Shown here: positions 17,199 to 26,071 of the stretch, one piece after another
How the letters are laid out: every line of letters begins with the position of its first letter
Numbering within the stretch: the first letter of the stretch is position 1
Made by a program: the position numbers and the translations under genes
Notes under the pieces: model-generated
The model's database searches: none
The model's input: only the letters and a program-made list of their open reading frames with translations
Told to the model about the DNA's origin: nothing
Assembly: GCA_040766655.1 (NCBI GenBank)
Contig: JAXGQB010000013.1
Location: 31 to 64,030, forward strand
Source: Anaerolineae bacterium
Lineage (GTDB): Bacteria > Chloroflexota > Anaerolineae > CG2-30-64-16
Length of the DNA stretch: 64,000 nucleotides
Direction: 5' to 3'

Positions 17199-18941
17199 AT
17201 GGTACAGAGAAAGATCACAGACGACCTGGATGCGCTCCTGCAGGTGCTGCCGCCGCGGGTCGAGGAGGCTGTGCGGGCGGCGAATCACGGAGACGATCTC
17301 CTGGAGATCGTGATGGACCTGGGCCGGGTGCCGGAAGCGCGGTTCGTGGACCACGAGCTGGTGTTGAGCCCGGAGGAGGTGACGCAGGAGGACCTGGACC
17401 ACGTGATCGTCCGCATCAGCGAGTTCACGGGGGATAACCGCGCGGGGATCGAGCGGACGCTGCACCGGATTTCGGCGATCCGCAACCGGCAGGGGAAGGT
17501 GATCGGGCTGACGTGCCGGGTGGGGCGGGCGGTCTACGGGGTGATCGAGATCGTCGAGGATATCATGAAGTCGGGGCACAGCATACTGCTGCTGGGCCGG
17601 CCCGGGGTGGGGAAGACGACGCTGCTGCGCGAGGCGGCGCGGGTGCTGAGCGAGAAACGCCGGGTGGTGGTGGTCGACACGTCGAACGAGATCGGGGGCG
17701 ATGGCGATATTCCGCACCCGGCGATCGGCCGCGCGCGGCGAATGCAGGTGGCGGATCCGGCGCTGCAGCACGAGGTGATGATCGAGGCGGTGGAGAATCA
17801 CATGCCGCAGGTGATCGTGATCGACGAGATCGGCCGGGAACAGGAGGCGGCGGCGGCGCGCACGATCGCGGAACGGGGTGTGCAGCTGGTGGGCACGGCG
17901 CACGGCAATAGCCTGGAGAACCTGCTGATCAACCCGACGCTGTCGGACCTGGTGGGCGGGATCGAGAGTGTGACGCTGAGCGATGAGGAGGCGCGGCGCC
18001 GCGGTACGCAGAAGGCGGTACTGGAGCGCCGTGCGCCGCCGACGTTCGATGTGCTGATCGAGCTGCAGGACCGGCAACGCCTGGCGGTGCATCCCAGCGT
18101 GGCGGCGGCGGTGGATGCGCTGCTGCGCGGCCGCATGCCGCAGCCGGAGATCCGGTGGGTAGATGAGGCGGGTGTGGTGCAGGTGGAGGCGCAGGTGCTG
18201 CCGGGGGCAGCCATGGGTAACGGCGATCGGGGATTGGGTAACGGGGGTGCTACCTTCGGAAGCCTGGGAGATTGGGGACGGGAGACTGGGGGTGCTACCT
18301 ACGGTGGCCGTGGTGCTGCCGGGGGCAGCCTTGCCTTCGGCGGCCGTGAGGAGCGGGGGACTGGGATGGGGCGGCTGCCGTTCGAGAGGCGGGCGGAGGG
18401 GGCTGCGCCTGGCGCAGCTGTGGTGTTGCCAGGGGCAGCCGTGCTACCGGGGTCAACCTCGCCTGCGGGAGCCGTGGGGAGGAAGGCGCTGCGGGTGTAT
18501 CCGTACGGGGTGGGACGCAGCCGGTTGGTGCAGGCGGCGCAGAATTTGGGCGTGCCGGTGACGGTGGTGGATGGGCTGGAGCAGGCGAACGCGGTGATTA
18601 CGCTGAAGAATTACTACCGCAAGCATCCGCAGCCGATCGCCGATGCCGAGCGTCGGCGCGTGCCGGTGTATGTGCTGCGCTCGAATACGGTGAACCAGAT
18701 GGAGGCGATCCTGGGGGATATCTTCGGGGTGCCGGTGGCGTACGAGGATCCGATGTCGCGGGCGGTGGCGGAGACGCAGGAGGCGATCCGGCGGGTGCTG
18801 GGCGGCTCGGCTGCGGAGGAACTGCCGCCGGCGGGGCCGGACGTGCGGCGGATGCAGCACGAGATGGCGCGCTCGGCGAACCTGATCTCGCACAGCTATG
18901 GCTCGGAGCCGCGGCGCCGGGTGCGGATCTTCCAGGGCTGA
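17199..18941 (+). CDS. Ycf45/SpoIIIAA-like AAA ATPase with C-terminal R3H domain
   Basis: N-terminal [18 protein letters not shown], Walker [17 protein letters not shown], Walker [13 protein letters not shown], and a C-terminal R3H-like [28 protein letters not shown]. It contains a Gly-rich repeat-derived insertion at 18205-18460. Confidence 0.75.
   Translation: MVQRKITDDLDALLQVLPPRVEEAVRAANHGDDLLEIVMDLGRVPEARFVDHELVLSPEEVTQEDLDHVIVRISEFTGDNRAGIERTLHRISAIRNRQGKVIGLTCRVGRAVYGVIEIVEDIMKSGHSILLLGRPGVGKTTLLREAARVLSEKRRVVVVDTSNEIGGDGDIPHPAIGRARRMQVADPALQHEVMIEAVENHMPQVIVIDEIGREQEAAAARTIAERGVQLVGTAHGNSLENLLINPTLSDLVGGIESVTLSDEEARRRGTQKAVLERRAPPTFDVLIELQDRQRLAVHPSVAAAVDALLRGRMPQPEIRWVDEAGVVQVEAQVLPGAAMGNGDRGLGNGGATFGSLGDWGRETGGATYGGRGAAGGSLAFGGREERGTGMGRLPFERRAEGAAPGAAVVLPGAAVLPGSTSPAGAVGRKALRVYPYGVGRSRLVQAAQNLGVPVTVVDGLEQANAVITLKNYYRKHPQPIADAERRRVPVYVLRSNTVNQMEAILGDIFGVPVAYEDPMSRAVAETQEAIRRVLGGSAAEELPPAGPDVRRMQHEMARSANLISHSYGSEPRRRVRIFQG
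18205..18460. repeat. Degenerate GGGGAYT-type array and Gly-rich low-complexity block inside the ycf45-like gene
   Basis: ggtaacggcgatcggggattgggtaacggggg ... ggagattggggacgggagactggggg is translated as [31 protein letters not shown]. It lies between the ATPase core and the C-terminal domains. Confidence 0.6.
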
Positions 18942-19576
18942 TGATGCGCGAGCGGGGGGCGCTGTTCGTCAGCTTCGAGGGGCCGGAGGGCGGGGGCAAG
19001 ACGACGCAGATCCAGCTGCTGGCGCGCTGGCTGCGCGAGGCGGGCCGCGAGGTGATCACGACGCGCGAGCCGGGCGGGACGCGCATCGGGGATGCGATCC
19101 GGGCGGTGTTGCTGAACCCGCAGCACGTGGAGATGCGGCCGGAGGCGGAGATTTTGCTGTTTTCGGCCGCGCGGGCGCAGATCGTGGGGGAGGTGATCCG
19201 GCCGCACCTGGCCCGGGGGGGTGTGGTGCTGTGCGACCGGTTCGCGGATTCGACGCTGGCGTACCAGGGATATGGGCGGGAGCTGGACCTGGGGGTGCTG
19301 CGGCAGATCACGGGGTTCGCGACGGGGTGGCTGACGCCGGACCTGACGATCTGCCTGGATCTGCCGGTGGTCGACGGGCTCCGGCGCAAGCAGGGTGGTG
19401 ATCTGGCGGAATGGAATCGGATGGAGCGCGAAGAGCTGGCGTTTCACGAGCGGGTGCGGGCGGGGTACCTGGCGCTGGCGGCCGGGGAACCGGATCGTTG
19501 GTTCGTCGTGGATGCGCGCCAGCCGGTTGAGGCGGTGCAGGCGGAGATCAGGGAGCGTTTGGGGATTGGGGATTAG
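18941..19576 (+). CDS. tmk: Thymidylate kinase
   Basis: FVSFEGPEGGGKTTQ P-loop, TREPGGT and DRF motifs. The last residues (LGIGD) and the TAG stop lie inside the heptamer array. Confidence 0.9.
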   Translation: MMRERGALFVSFEGPEGGGKTTQIQLLARWLREAGREVITTREPGGTRIGDAIRAVLLNPQHVEMRPEAEILLFSAARAQIVGEVIRPHLARGGVVLCDRFADSTLAYQGYGRELDLGVLRQITGFATGWLTPDLTICLDLPVVDGLRRKQGGDLAEWNRMEREELAFHERVRAGYLALAAGEPDRWFVVDARQPVEAVQAEIRERLGIGD

Positions 19577-19735
19577 GGATTGGGGATTAGGGATTGGGGA
19601 TTAGGGATTAGGGATTAGGGATTGGGGATCAGGGACTGGGGATCAGGGACTGGGGATTAGGGATTGGGGATTGGGAGATCTGGGTTCCCAGTCCCCAGTC
19701 CCCAGCCCCCAGCCCCCAGTATCTGGTATCCGGTA
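19561..19735. repeat. Heptamer array (GGGGATT/GGGATTA/GGGGATC/GGGGACT, about 16 units) followed by the inverted array (CCCCAGT/CCCCAGC), forming a long imperfect hairpin
   Basis: ggggattggggattagggattggggattaggg...gggactggggatcagggactgggga (19561-19675) faces tcccagtccccagtccccagcccccagcccccagtatctggtatccgg (19686-19735). Confidence 0.95.
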
Positions 19736-19763
19736 ACCGACTGCACCAGGAGGATCCGACACT

Positions 19764-20090
19764 ATGAAGCTTCTCATGGCGATCGTCAGCAGTGATGACT
19801 CCCGCGATGTGCTCGACAAGCTGACCAAGGCGGGGTTTCGGGCGACGGTGATCAGCACGACGGGCGGGTTCCTGCGCGAGGGCAATACGACGTTTTTCCT
19901 GGGCGTGGATGATCACAAGATCGGCCAGGCGATCGAGATCCTGCAGAGTGTGTGCCGCAGGCGGACGCAATGGGTCTCGCCGCTGCCGACGCTGGAGGGC
20001 CCGGGCCTGGAGATGGCGGAGCCGATCGAGGTGAGCGTGGGGGGCGCGGTGGTGTTCGTGCTGAACGTGGAGCAGTTCGTCCAGGTGTGA
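19764..20090 (+). CDS. darA: Cyclic-di-AMP receptor DarA/YaaQ family PII-like protein (single domain)
   Basis: MKLLMAIVSSDDSRDVLDKLTKAGFRATVISTTGGFLREGNTTFFLGVDD. The position directly after tmk matches the tmk-yaaQ synteny known from Bacillus. Confidence 0.75.
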   Translation: MKLLMAIVSSDDSRDVLDKLTKAGFRATVISTTGGFLREGNTTFFLGVDDHKIGQAIEILQSVCRRRTQWVSPLPTLEGPGLEMAEPIEVSVGGAVVFVLNVEQFVQV

Positions 20091-20134
20091 GGGTCGCCTG
20101 CCAGCCGGCGGTTTCAACCGCAGGCTGGCAGGCG

Positions 20135-20160
20135 AAACCGGCGGCCCCGCCGCCGGTTTT
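20135..20160 (+). terminator. Terminator after darA, preceded by a second hairpin at 20095-20134
   Basis: aaaccggcgg-ccccg-ccgccggttt plus t. Upstream is cgcctgccagcc...ggctggcaggcg, a 12-bp stem. Confidence 0.6.
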
Positions 20161-20200
20161 CAGGCGTTTATCAGGCGGCGGTTTTGAACCGCCACCGCAA

Positions 20201-20273
20201 GTTACATGACGCCGGGAGCGAGACCCTTCGCTGCGCTCAGGGTGACGCGGGCGGCGGGTGTTACATGACGCCG
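20201..20273. repeat. 14-bp direct repeat GTTACATGACGCCG flanking a 45-bp GC-rich element
   Basis: Copies lie at 20201-20214 and 20260-20273. The enclosed ggagcgagacccttcgctgcgctcagggtgacgcgggcggcgggt belongs to the CGCTCAGG hairpin family. The second copy contains the stop codon and last codons of the zinc-ribbon gene. Confidence 0.8.
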
Positions 20274-20680
20274 AAGTCGTCGGCCCCAGGGCCGGCGCCG
20301 GGTGTGTCTCCGCCGCCCAGGTCCGGCATGGATTCTTCGATGCTTTCGGGGTCTTCGCCGGCCTCGAGGCGCCCGACGACTTCGGCGAACTCGGGGCCGA
20401 GGTCTTCGCCTGTCTCGTCGGCCATCTTGCGCATGAAGCGGGCGAGGGATTTGGGGTCGTTTTCGTCGAGGCCATCGAGGCCTCCGAGGTCGTCTGGGCC
20501 GCCTTCGGCCGCCAAAGCGCTTTCCGAGCGTAGGACGGCGACGCGCGAGATGAGGCGGGTGAGGTGTGTGCCGCCGCAGCGCGGGCAGACGGGCTCGCGG
20601 CTTTGGGCATCGGCGTACGAGCGCCAGAGCAGGCTGACTCTGCGCTGGCAATCGTGGCAGGTGTATTCGTAGATGGGCAT
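20261..20680 (-). CDS. FmdB-family zinc-ribbon putative regulatory protein
   Basis: MPIYEYTCHDCQRRV...CPRCGG is the CxxC...CxxC zinc ribbon typical of the family, with an acidic C-terminal tail. Confidence 0.8.
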   Translation of the reverse strand: MPIYEYTCHDCQRRVSLLWRSYADAQSREPVCPRCGGTHLTRLISRVAVLRSESALAAEGGPDDLGGLDGLDENDPKSLARFMRKMADETGEDLGPEFAEVVGRLEAGEDPESIEESMPDLGGGDTPGAGPGADDFGVM

Positions 20681-20760
20681 GGCTGACCTCGCTCCGGTGT
20701 TGTGGGTGGGATTATAGCGCAGGTCGGCTGTGTTCTCAATGCGGGGATGTTGGGTGGGCG

Positions 20761-21426
20761 ATGAGCAACGTTGAACGTGAGGCTTCGGCCGATCTGGAAC
20801 AGCTGTCGGCGGAGTGGTACGCTGCGCTGGCGCGGCCGCGGCCGCTGCTGGTGGTGCTGTCGGGGCCGTCGGGGGTGGGCAAGGATGCGACGATCCAGCG
20901 GATGAAGGAGCGGGGCTATTCGTGCCATTTCGTGGTGACGGCGACGACGCGCGCGCGGCGGCCCAACGAGATCGACGGGGTGGATTATCACTTTGTCTCG
21001 GAGGCGACGTTCCTGGACCTGATCGAGCGCGGCGATCTGCTGGAGCACGCGCTGGTGTACGGCCAGTACAAGGGGATCCCGAAGGCGGGGGTGCGCGCGG
21101 CGCTGCTGAGCGGCCAGGATGTGGTGATGCGCATCGACGTGCAGGGCGCGGCGACGATCCGGCGCCTGGTGCCCCAGGCGGTGACGATTTTTCTGACGGC
21201 TGAGTCGGAGGAGGAGCTGATCGAGCGGCTGTGCCGGCGCAAGACGGAGGATCCGGCGCAGCTGGAGCGGCGCATCGAGACGGCGCGCGGGGAGCTACGC
21301 TGCACGACGGACTTCAAGTATCGCATCGTGAACCGGGAGTGTTCGCTGGATGAGACGGTGGAGAAGGTGATCGCGATCATCGAGGCGGAGAAGGCGCGCA
21401 TTGACTGGGAGCCGGTGACGCTATGA
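20761..21426 (+). CDS. gmk: Guanylate kinase
   Basis: LVVLSGPSGVGKD P-loop, TTRARRPNEIDGVDYHFVS, and YGQYKGIPK. Confidence 0.9.
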   Translation: MSNVEREASADLEQLSAEWYAALARPRPLLVVLSGPSGVGKDATIQRMKERGYSCHFVVTATTRARRPNEIDGVDYHFVSEATFLDLIERGDLLEHALVYGQYKGIPKAGVRAALLSGQDVVMRIDVQGAATIRRLVPQAVTIFLTAESEEELIERLCRRKTEDPAQLERRIETARGELRCTTDFKYRIVNRECSLDETVEKVIAIIEAEKARIDWEPVTL

Positions 21427-22280
21427 CGGGGACTGGGGAACTGGGATCGGGGATTGGCGACCAGGGTCCTTCGACTGCGCTCCCTTCGGGAGCTCCGCTC
21501 AGGATGCCTGATGCTGGGGGATCGGGGACTGGCGACCAGGGGGCTCCGGCGCGGGGGGTGCGTCTGCCGCTGACGAAGCCGGTGATCACGTATGTGGTGC
21601 TGGGCGTGATCGTGGTGATCTTCGTGGCGGACACGATCATCGGCGCGGTGGCGGGCATGCCGATCCTGTCGTATCTCGGCGCGCAGATCAACAGCTGGGT
21701 GGGGGCGGGGGAATATTGGCGGCTGTTCTCGTCGATCTTTCTGCACGCGAGCCTGACGCACCTGGCGTTCAATGGCTGGGCGCTCTACAGTATCGGCCGC
21801 GATATCGAGGCGTTTTACGGCCATCGCTGGTTTGCGGCGATCTATTTTCTCGCCGGGCTGGCGGGCAGCCTGGCGTGGTATGTGCTGGGCCGGGACGGTG
21901 CGTCGGTGGGCGCGTCGGGCGCGATCTTCGGGCTGATCGGCGCCGAAGGGGCGTTCTTCCTGCGCAATCGGACGCTGTTCGGCAAGTTCGGCAGCCAGCG
22001 CCTGAGCAACCTGGCGGTCCTGATCGGGATCAACCTACTCTTTGGCTTTACGGTGCCCAACATCAACAACCATGCACACCTGGGTGGACTGGCGGCGGGC
22101 TTCCTCCTGGGATTTCTGCTGGCGCCGCGCTATGTGGTGCAGTGGTCGTACGAGGGGCTGGCGGCCGCGCCGCGGCTGGTGGACACGCAGTCGCGGGCCG
22201 CGCGAGCGGTGGTGGTGGCCGGTGCGGTGGTGGTGCTGGCGGTGCTGGTGGTGCTGGGGAACGCGCGGTGGGGGGCGTAG
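21423..22280 (+). CDS. Rhomboid family intramembrane serine protease
   Basis: WRLFSSIFLHASLTHLAFN, the catalytic GASGAIFGL and HLGGLAAGF motifs. ATG 21423 overlaps the gmk stop (ATGA). The first ~40 aa are encoded by repeat sequence. Confidence 0.85.
   Translation: MTGTGELGSGIGDQGPSTALPSGAPLRMPDAGGSGTGDQGAPARGVRLPLTKPVITYVVLGVIVVIFVADTIIGAVAGMPILSYLGAQINSWVGAGEYWRLFSSIFLHASLTHLAFNGWALYSIGRDIEAFYGHRWFAAIYFLAGLAGSLAWYVLGRDGASVGASGAIFGLIGAEGAFFLRNRTLFGKFGSQRLSNLAVLIGINLLFGFTVPNINNHAHLGGLAAGFLLGFLLAPRYVVQWSYEGLAAAPRLVDTQSRAARAVVVAGAVVVLAVLVVLGNARWGA
21428..21540. repeat. GGGGACT-type heptamers flanking a GTCCTTCGACTGCGC...GCTCCGCTCAGGATGCC hairpin module (within the rhomboid 5' end)
   Basis: ggggactggggaactgggatcggggattgg...ccttcgactgcgctcccttcgggagctccgctcaggatgcctgatgctgggggatcggggactgg. 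Confidence 0.9.
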
Positions 22281-22283
22281 GGC

Positions 22284-22313
22284 GGTTGAAGGTTGAAAGT
22301 TGAAGGTTGAAGG
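22284..22313. repeat. GGTTGAA heptamer array (intergenic)
   Basis: ggttgaaggttgaaagttgaaggttgaagg. Confidence 0.9.
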
Positions 22314-22346
22314 GGGAGGCCTGGCCCGAGGGGGCTGCGGAGGTGC

Positions 22347-23288
22347 GTGATGGCTGATGGTGTGCGGCCGTCGGCGATTGCGGGGCGGTGGTATCCGGGG
22401 GATGCAGGGGCGCTGCGCCGCGAGGTGGCGGGGTTCCTGGCGCAGGTGGCGCCGGTGGAACTGCCCGGTCCGCTCCTGGGGCTGGTCGTGCCGCACGCTG
22501 GCTATGCCTACTCGGGGCCGACCGCGGCGCGGGCGTTCGCGCAGGTGCGCGGAAGCGGCTTCAAGCGGGTGGTGCTGCTGGGGCCGTTGCACCGCCCGAT
22601 CTGGGGCAGCCGGCTGGGGTCGTTCATGGCGCCCGACGCGACGGCGTACCGTACGCCCCTCGGCGATGTTCCCATCGATCGTGAGTTCCTGCAGGCGCTC
22701 GACGCACGCGTCGGACTGACGACCGTGCACGGGGATGAGGAGCACGCGCTCGAGATCGAGCTGCCGTTCCTGCAGGTGGCGCTGGGCGATTTCTCGCTGG
22801 TTCCGATCATGATGGGGGATCATATCGCCGATCCACACGCGGCGGAACGCGCGGGACGGCTGGCCGCGGCGGTGGCGGATGCTGGATACCAGAAGCTGGA
22901 TGCTGGTTCCCAGTCGCCAGTACCCAGTATCCAGTCTCCAGTCCCCAGTCCCCAGTCCCCAGTATCCGGCATCCAGTATCCGGATACGCTACTGGTGGCG
23001 AGCACGGACCTGAGCCATCTGGAGGATTATGGGGCGGTGCGGCGGACGGACGAGCGGCTGGTGGACCTGGTGAATGCGTTTGACGTCGATGGGCTGCGGG
23101 AGGCGCTGGTGCGCGGGACGGTGCAGGCCTGCGGCGCGATGGGCCTGGTGACGGTTCTGGAGGCGTGCCGGCTGCTGGGCGCGCGTGGGGCGTCGGTGCT
23201 GGAATATACGACGTCGGGCGATGTGACGGGGCAGCGGGCGCCGGGGGTGTATACGGTGGGCTACCTGGCCGCTGCGATCTACGGCTGA
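22347..23288 (+). CDS. MEMO1-family protein (AmmeMemoRadiSam system protein B)
   Basis: AGRWYPGD, VVPHAGYAYSGPTAA, HALEIELPFLQ and STDLSH motifs. It contains an in-frame heptamer insertion. Confidence 0.8.
   Translation: MMADGVRPSAIAGRWYPGDAGALRREVAGFLAQVAPVELPGPLLGLVVPHAGYAYSGPTAARAFAQVRGSGFKRVVLLGPLHRPIWGSRLGSFMAPDATAYRTPLGDVPIDREFLQALDARVGLTTVHGDEEHALEIELPFLQVALGDFSLVPIMMGDHIADPHAAERAGRLAAAVADAGYQKLDAGSQSPVPSIQSPVPSPQSPVSGIQYPDTLLVASTDLSHLEDYGAVRRTDERLVDLVNAFDVDGLREALVRGTVQACGAMGLVTVLEACRLLGARGASVLEYTTSGDVTGQRAPGVYTVGYLAAAIYG
22881..22986. repeat. CCAGTAT/CCCCAGT heptamer array inserted in frame in the Memo-like gene
   Basis: gctggataccagaagctggatgctggttcccagtcgccagtacccagtatccagtctccagtccccagtccccagtccccagtatccggcatccagtatccgg. 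Translated as GYQKLDAGSQSPVPSIQSPVPSPQSPVSGIQYPD. Confidence 0.95.
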
Positions 23289-23290
23289 TC

Positions 23291-26071
23291 ATGCTGTACG
23301 CGGATGTGTGTGTCAATACGCCGCTGGGCGCGCCGCGGCCGGTGGCCGCGGCCGGAGGCCCGGCCCCGGCCGATAATAGATTGAAGATTGAAGATGGAAG
23401 ATTAGGACCCCAGGCCCCTGTCCCCAATTCCCAGTCCCCGGTCTCCAGTCCCCAGTCCCTGATTCCCAGTCCCCAATCCTTGGCATCCAGTTCCGTCTTC
23501 ACGTACGAGGTGCCTGCGGCGCTGGCGGCGCGGGTGCAGCCGGGCCACCTGGTCTGGGTCCCGTTCCGCGGGCGGCGCATCCAGGGGGTGGTGCTGCGGC
23601 TGCACGATGCGGCGCCTGATTTTCAGACCCGGGAGTTGATCTCGTTGGTATGGGCACAGCCCGTGCTGAACGAGGCTCAGCTCGCGCTTGCGTACTGGAT
23701 CAGCGAGTATTATCTGGCCCCGCTCATCGAATCGCTGCGCCTGATGCTGCCGGTTGGGCTGTCGCAGCGCGGGCAGACTGTCTTTCGCCGCACGCCGGCG
23801 CCGGCGCCGGCCGGGCTTTCAGCCAAACAGGGCGAGCTGCTGGCGCGGATCGCGCGCGAGCCAGCGGATTGGGCGGAGATCACGGCGGAGGTGAAGCGCG
23901 TGACGCAGCGCAGGGATCTCGAGCCGCTGATCGAGATGGGGCTGGTGGTGCGGGATGTGGCGTTTCCCTCGCCGCCGCCGCGGCCGAAGACGGATCGGCG
24001 GGTGCGCCTGATCGCGGACGCGGCGGCGGTGGCCGCCGCGCTGGAGGGCCTGGGGCGCAAGTCGAAGAAGGGGGTCGCGCTGCGGTGGCTGGCCAGGCAT
24101 AAGGCGGTGCTGGATCTGCTGGCGGCGCACGCGGAGCCATTGTGGATCGGCCGGGTGTATGCGGAGACGGGCGCGACGTTGCAGACGCTGCGCGACCTGG
24201 AGGCGGCGGGGCTGGTCACGGTGGCGGAGGAGGTCATCTGGCGCGATCCGCTGGCGCACCATGAGTTCCAGCTCGATGTGAAACCTGTCCTGACGGATGA
24301 CCAGGCGGCGGTGTGGGGGACGGTGGCCGCGGCTGTGGCCGCGGGATTGAAGATTGAAGATGGAAGATTGAAGATGGGGGACGCGGGCGGCAGAGACGTA
24401 GCCTGCTACGTCTCTGAAAGTGCGCCGTTGGGGACCGATCCCCAGTCCTCCGATCCCCAGTCCCCAGTCGCCAGTATCCAGCATCCAGAATCCAGTCCCC
24501 AATCCCCTGCCACCGATCCCCAGTCCCCGGTTCCTGGCAGCCGGGCATTCTTGCTGCACGGGGTGACGGGGTCGGGGAAGACGGAGATTTATCTGCGCGC
24601 GATCGAGGTGTGCCTGGCGCAGGGGCGGCAGGCGGTGGTGCTGGTGCCGGAGATCGCGCTGACGCCGCAGACGATCCGCCGCTTTGCGGCGCGCTTCCCG
24701 GGCAGAGTGACGGTGTGGCACAGCGAGATGGGCGACGGCGAGCGCTTCGATGTGTGGCGCCGCGTGCGCACGAATCACCCGGCCGCGCAGGTGGTGGTGG
24801 GCTCGAGGTCGGCGCTGTTCCTGTCTTATCCGCAGCTCGGCCTGATCGCGGTGGACGAGGAGCACGAGCCGTCGTACAAGCAGGAGCGCACGCCGCGCTA
24901 TCACGCGCGGACGGTGGCGCTGGCACTGGGCCGGGCGACGGGTGCGACGGTGCTGCTGGGCAGCGCGACGCCTGCGCTGGAGACGTATTACGCGGCGCGG
25001 CGCGGGGAACTGACGCTGCTGACCCTGCCCCAGCGCATCAAGTCGGAGCTGCCCCCGGTGACGGTGGTGGATATGCGCCAGGAGCTGCGCATGGGCAACC
25101 GGAGCATGTTCAGCCGGCGCCTGTCGCAGGGGCTGCAACGGGTGCTGGCGAACGGGGAGCAGGCGATCCTCTACCTGAACCGGCGGGGCGCGGCGACGTT
25201 CGTGCTGTGCCGCGATTGCGGGTACGTGGCGACGTGCGCCAAGTGCGCCTCGCCGCTGACGTTTCACGGGGAGGGGGACCTGGTGTGCCACCAGTGCAGC
25301 CGGCGCTATCCCGCGCCCGTGGTGTGCCCGGAGTGCGGCAGCAAGCGCATCCGCTATTTCGGCGCGGGCACGGAGCGGGTCGAGGAGGCGGTGAAGCAAG
25401 AGTTTCCCACCGCGCGCACGCTGCGCTGGGATCGCGATGTGACGGGAGCCAAAGGCAGCCACGACGCGATCCTGACGACGTTCGTCAAGCACGAGGCCGA
25501 TGTGCTGATCGGCACGCAGATGATCGCGAAGGGGCTGGATCTGCCCCTAGTGACGCTGGTGGGCGCGATCGCAGCGGACGTGGGGCTGTTTCTGCCGGAT
25601 TTTCGCGCGAGCGAGCGGACGTTCCAGCTGCTGACGCAGGTGGCGGGGCGCGCGGGGCGCAGTGCGCTGGGCGGGGAGGTGGTGGTGCAGACGTATCACC
25701 CGGAGCACTATGCGATCCAGGCCGCGAGCGAGCACGATTACGAGGGTTTCTACCGCGAGGAGATGGCGTTTCGCCGACAGCAGGCGTATCCGCCGCTACG
25801 ACGGCTGGCGCGGCTGGTGTACCACCACGGGCAGCGCGCCCGGGTGCAGGCGGATGCGGAGGCGCTGGCGGCGACGCTGCGGGGGGAGATTGCGGCGGGA
25901 GGGCTGGCAGATACGGATCTGATCGGCCCGGCGCCGTGCTTCTTTGCGCGGCAGCGCGGGGAGTGGCGGTGGCAGGTGGTGGTGCGCGGCCCGGAGCCGG
26001 CCGCGCTGCTGCGGCGGGTGGCGCTGGGGCCGGGGTGGCGGGTGGATGTTGATCCGGTGGACTTGCTGTGA
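23291..26071 (+). CDS. priA: Primosomal protein N' (replication restart helicase PriA)
   Basis: ATG 23291 gives MLYADVCVNTPLG. Walker A LLHGVTGSGKTEIY and DEEHE are present. The Cys-rich zinc region is CRDCGYVATCAKCASPLTFH...CHQCS...CPECGS. The track ORF start 23165 is a spurious extension overlapping the preceding gene. Confidence 0.9.
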   Translation: MLYADVCVNTPLGAPRPVAAAGGPAPADNRLKIEDGRLGPQAPVPNSQSPVSSPQSLIPSPQSLASSSVFTYEVPAALAARVQPGHLVWVPFRGRRIQGVVLRLHDAAPDFQTRELISLVWAQPVLNEAQLALAYWISEYYLAPLIESLRLMLPVGLSQRGQTVFRRTPAPAPAGLSAKQGELLARIAREPADWAEITAEVKRVTQRRDLEPLIEMGLVVRDVAFPSPPPRPKTDRRVRLIADAAAVAAALEGLGRKSKKGVALRWLARHKAVLDLLAAHAEPLWIGRVYAETGATLQTLRDLEAAGLVTVAEEVIWRDPLAHHEFQLDVKPVLTDDQAAVWGTVAAAVAAGLKIEDGRLKMGDAGGRDVACYVSESAPLGTDPQSSDPQSPVASIQHPESSPQSPATDPQSPVPGSRAFLLHGVTGSGKTEIYLRAIEVCLAQGRQAVVLVPEIALTPQTIRRFAARFPGRVTVWHSEMGDGERFDVWRRVRTNHPAAQVVVGSRSALFLSYPQLGLIAVDEEHEPSYKQERTPRYHARTVALALGRATGATVLLGSATPALETYYAARRGELTLLTLPQRIKSELPPVTVVDMRQELRMGNRSMFSRRLSQGLQRVLANGEQAILYLNRRGAATFVLCRDCGYVATCAKCASPLTFHGEGDLVCHQCSRRYPAPVVCPECGSKRIRYFGAGTERVEEAVKQEFPTARTLRWDRDVTGAKGSHDAILTTFVKHEADVLIGTQMIAKGLDLPLVTLVGAIAADVGLFLPDFRASERTFQLLTQVAGRAGRSALGGEVVVQTYHPEHYAIQAASEHDYEGFYREEMAFRRQQAYPPLRRLARLVYHHGQRARVQADAEALAATLRGEIAAGGLADTDLIGPAPCFFARQRGEWRWQVVVRGPEPAALLRRVALGPGWRVDVDPVDLL
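23378..23492. repeat. GATTGAA and CCCCAGT arrays, in-frame insertion 1 in priA
   Basis: agattgaagattgaagatggaagatt...cccctgtccccaattcccagtccccggtctccagtccccagtccctgattcccagtccccaatcc. It lies between the conserved NTPLG and VFTYEVP segments. Confidence 0.9.
24345..24533. repeat. Composite element (GATTGAA array, AGAGACGTAGC hairpin, then CCCCAGT/CCAGTAT array), in-frame insertion 2 in priA
   Basis: gattgaagattgaagatggaagattgaagatgg...cagagacgtagcctgctacgtctctg...gatccccagtcctccgatccccagtccccagtcgccagtatccagcatccagaatccagtcccc. It ends ~20 nt before the Walker A coding segment. Confidence 0.95.

Noticed and set aside
19561-19680. Telomere-like repeat (GGGATTA / TTAGGG resemblance), which would suggest a linear replicon end.
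   Set aside because: The unit is a heptamer with mixed variants and lies internally between tmk and darA. Identical arrays occur many times within genes, so it is not at a sequence end.
19561-19735. CRISPR array.
   Set aside because: The period is only 7 nt, there are no unique spacers, and there are no cas genes. This is a microsatellite-like array and not repeat-spacer architecture. The same applies to all other arrays in the window.
19852-21048. 398-aa minus-strand ORF spanning darA, the repeat region, the zinc-ribbon gene and gmk.
   Set aside because: It crosses several well-supported genes and repeat blocks. Its composition is extreme (Pro/Arg/Ala/Ser), with no recognisable domain.
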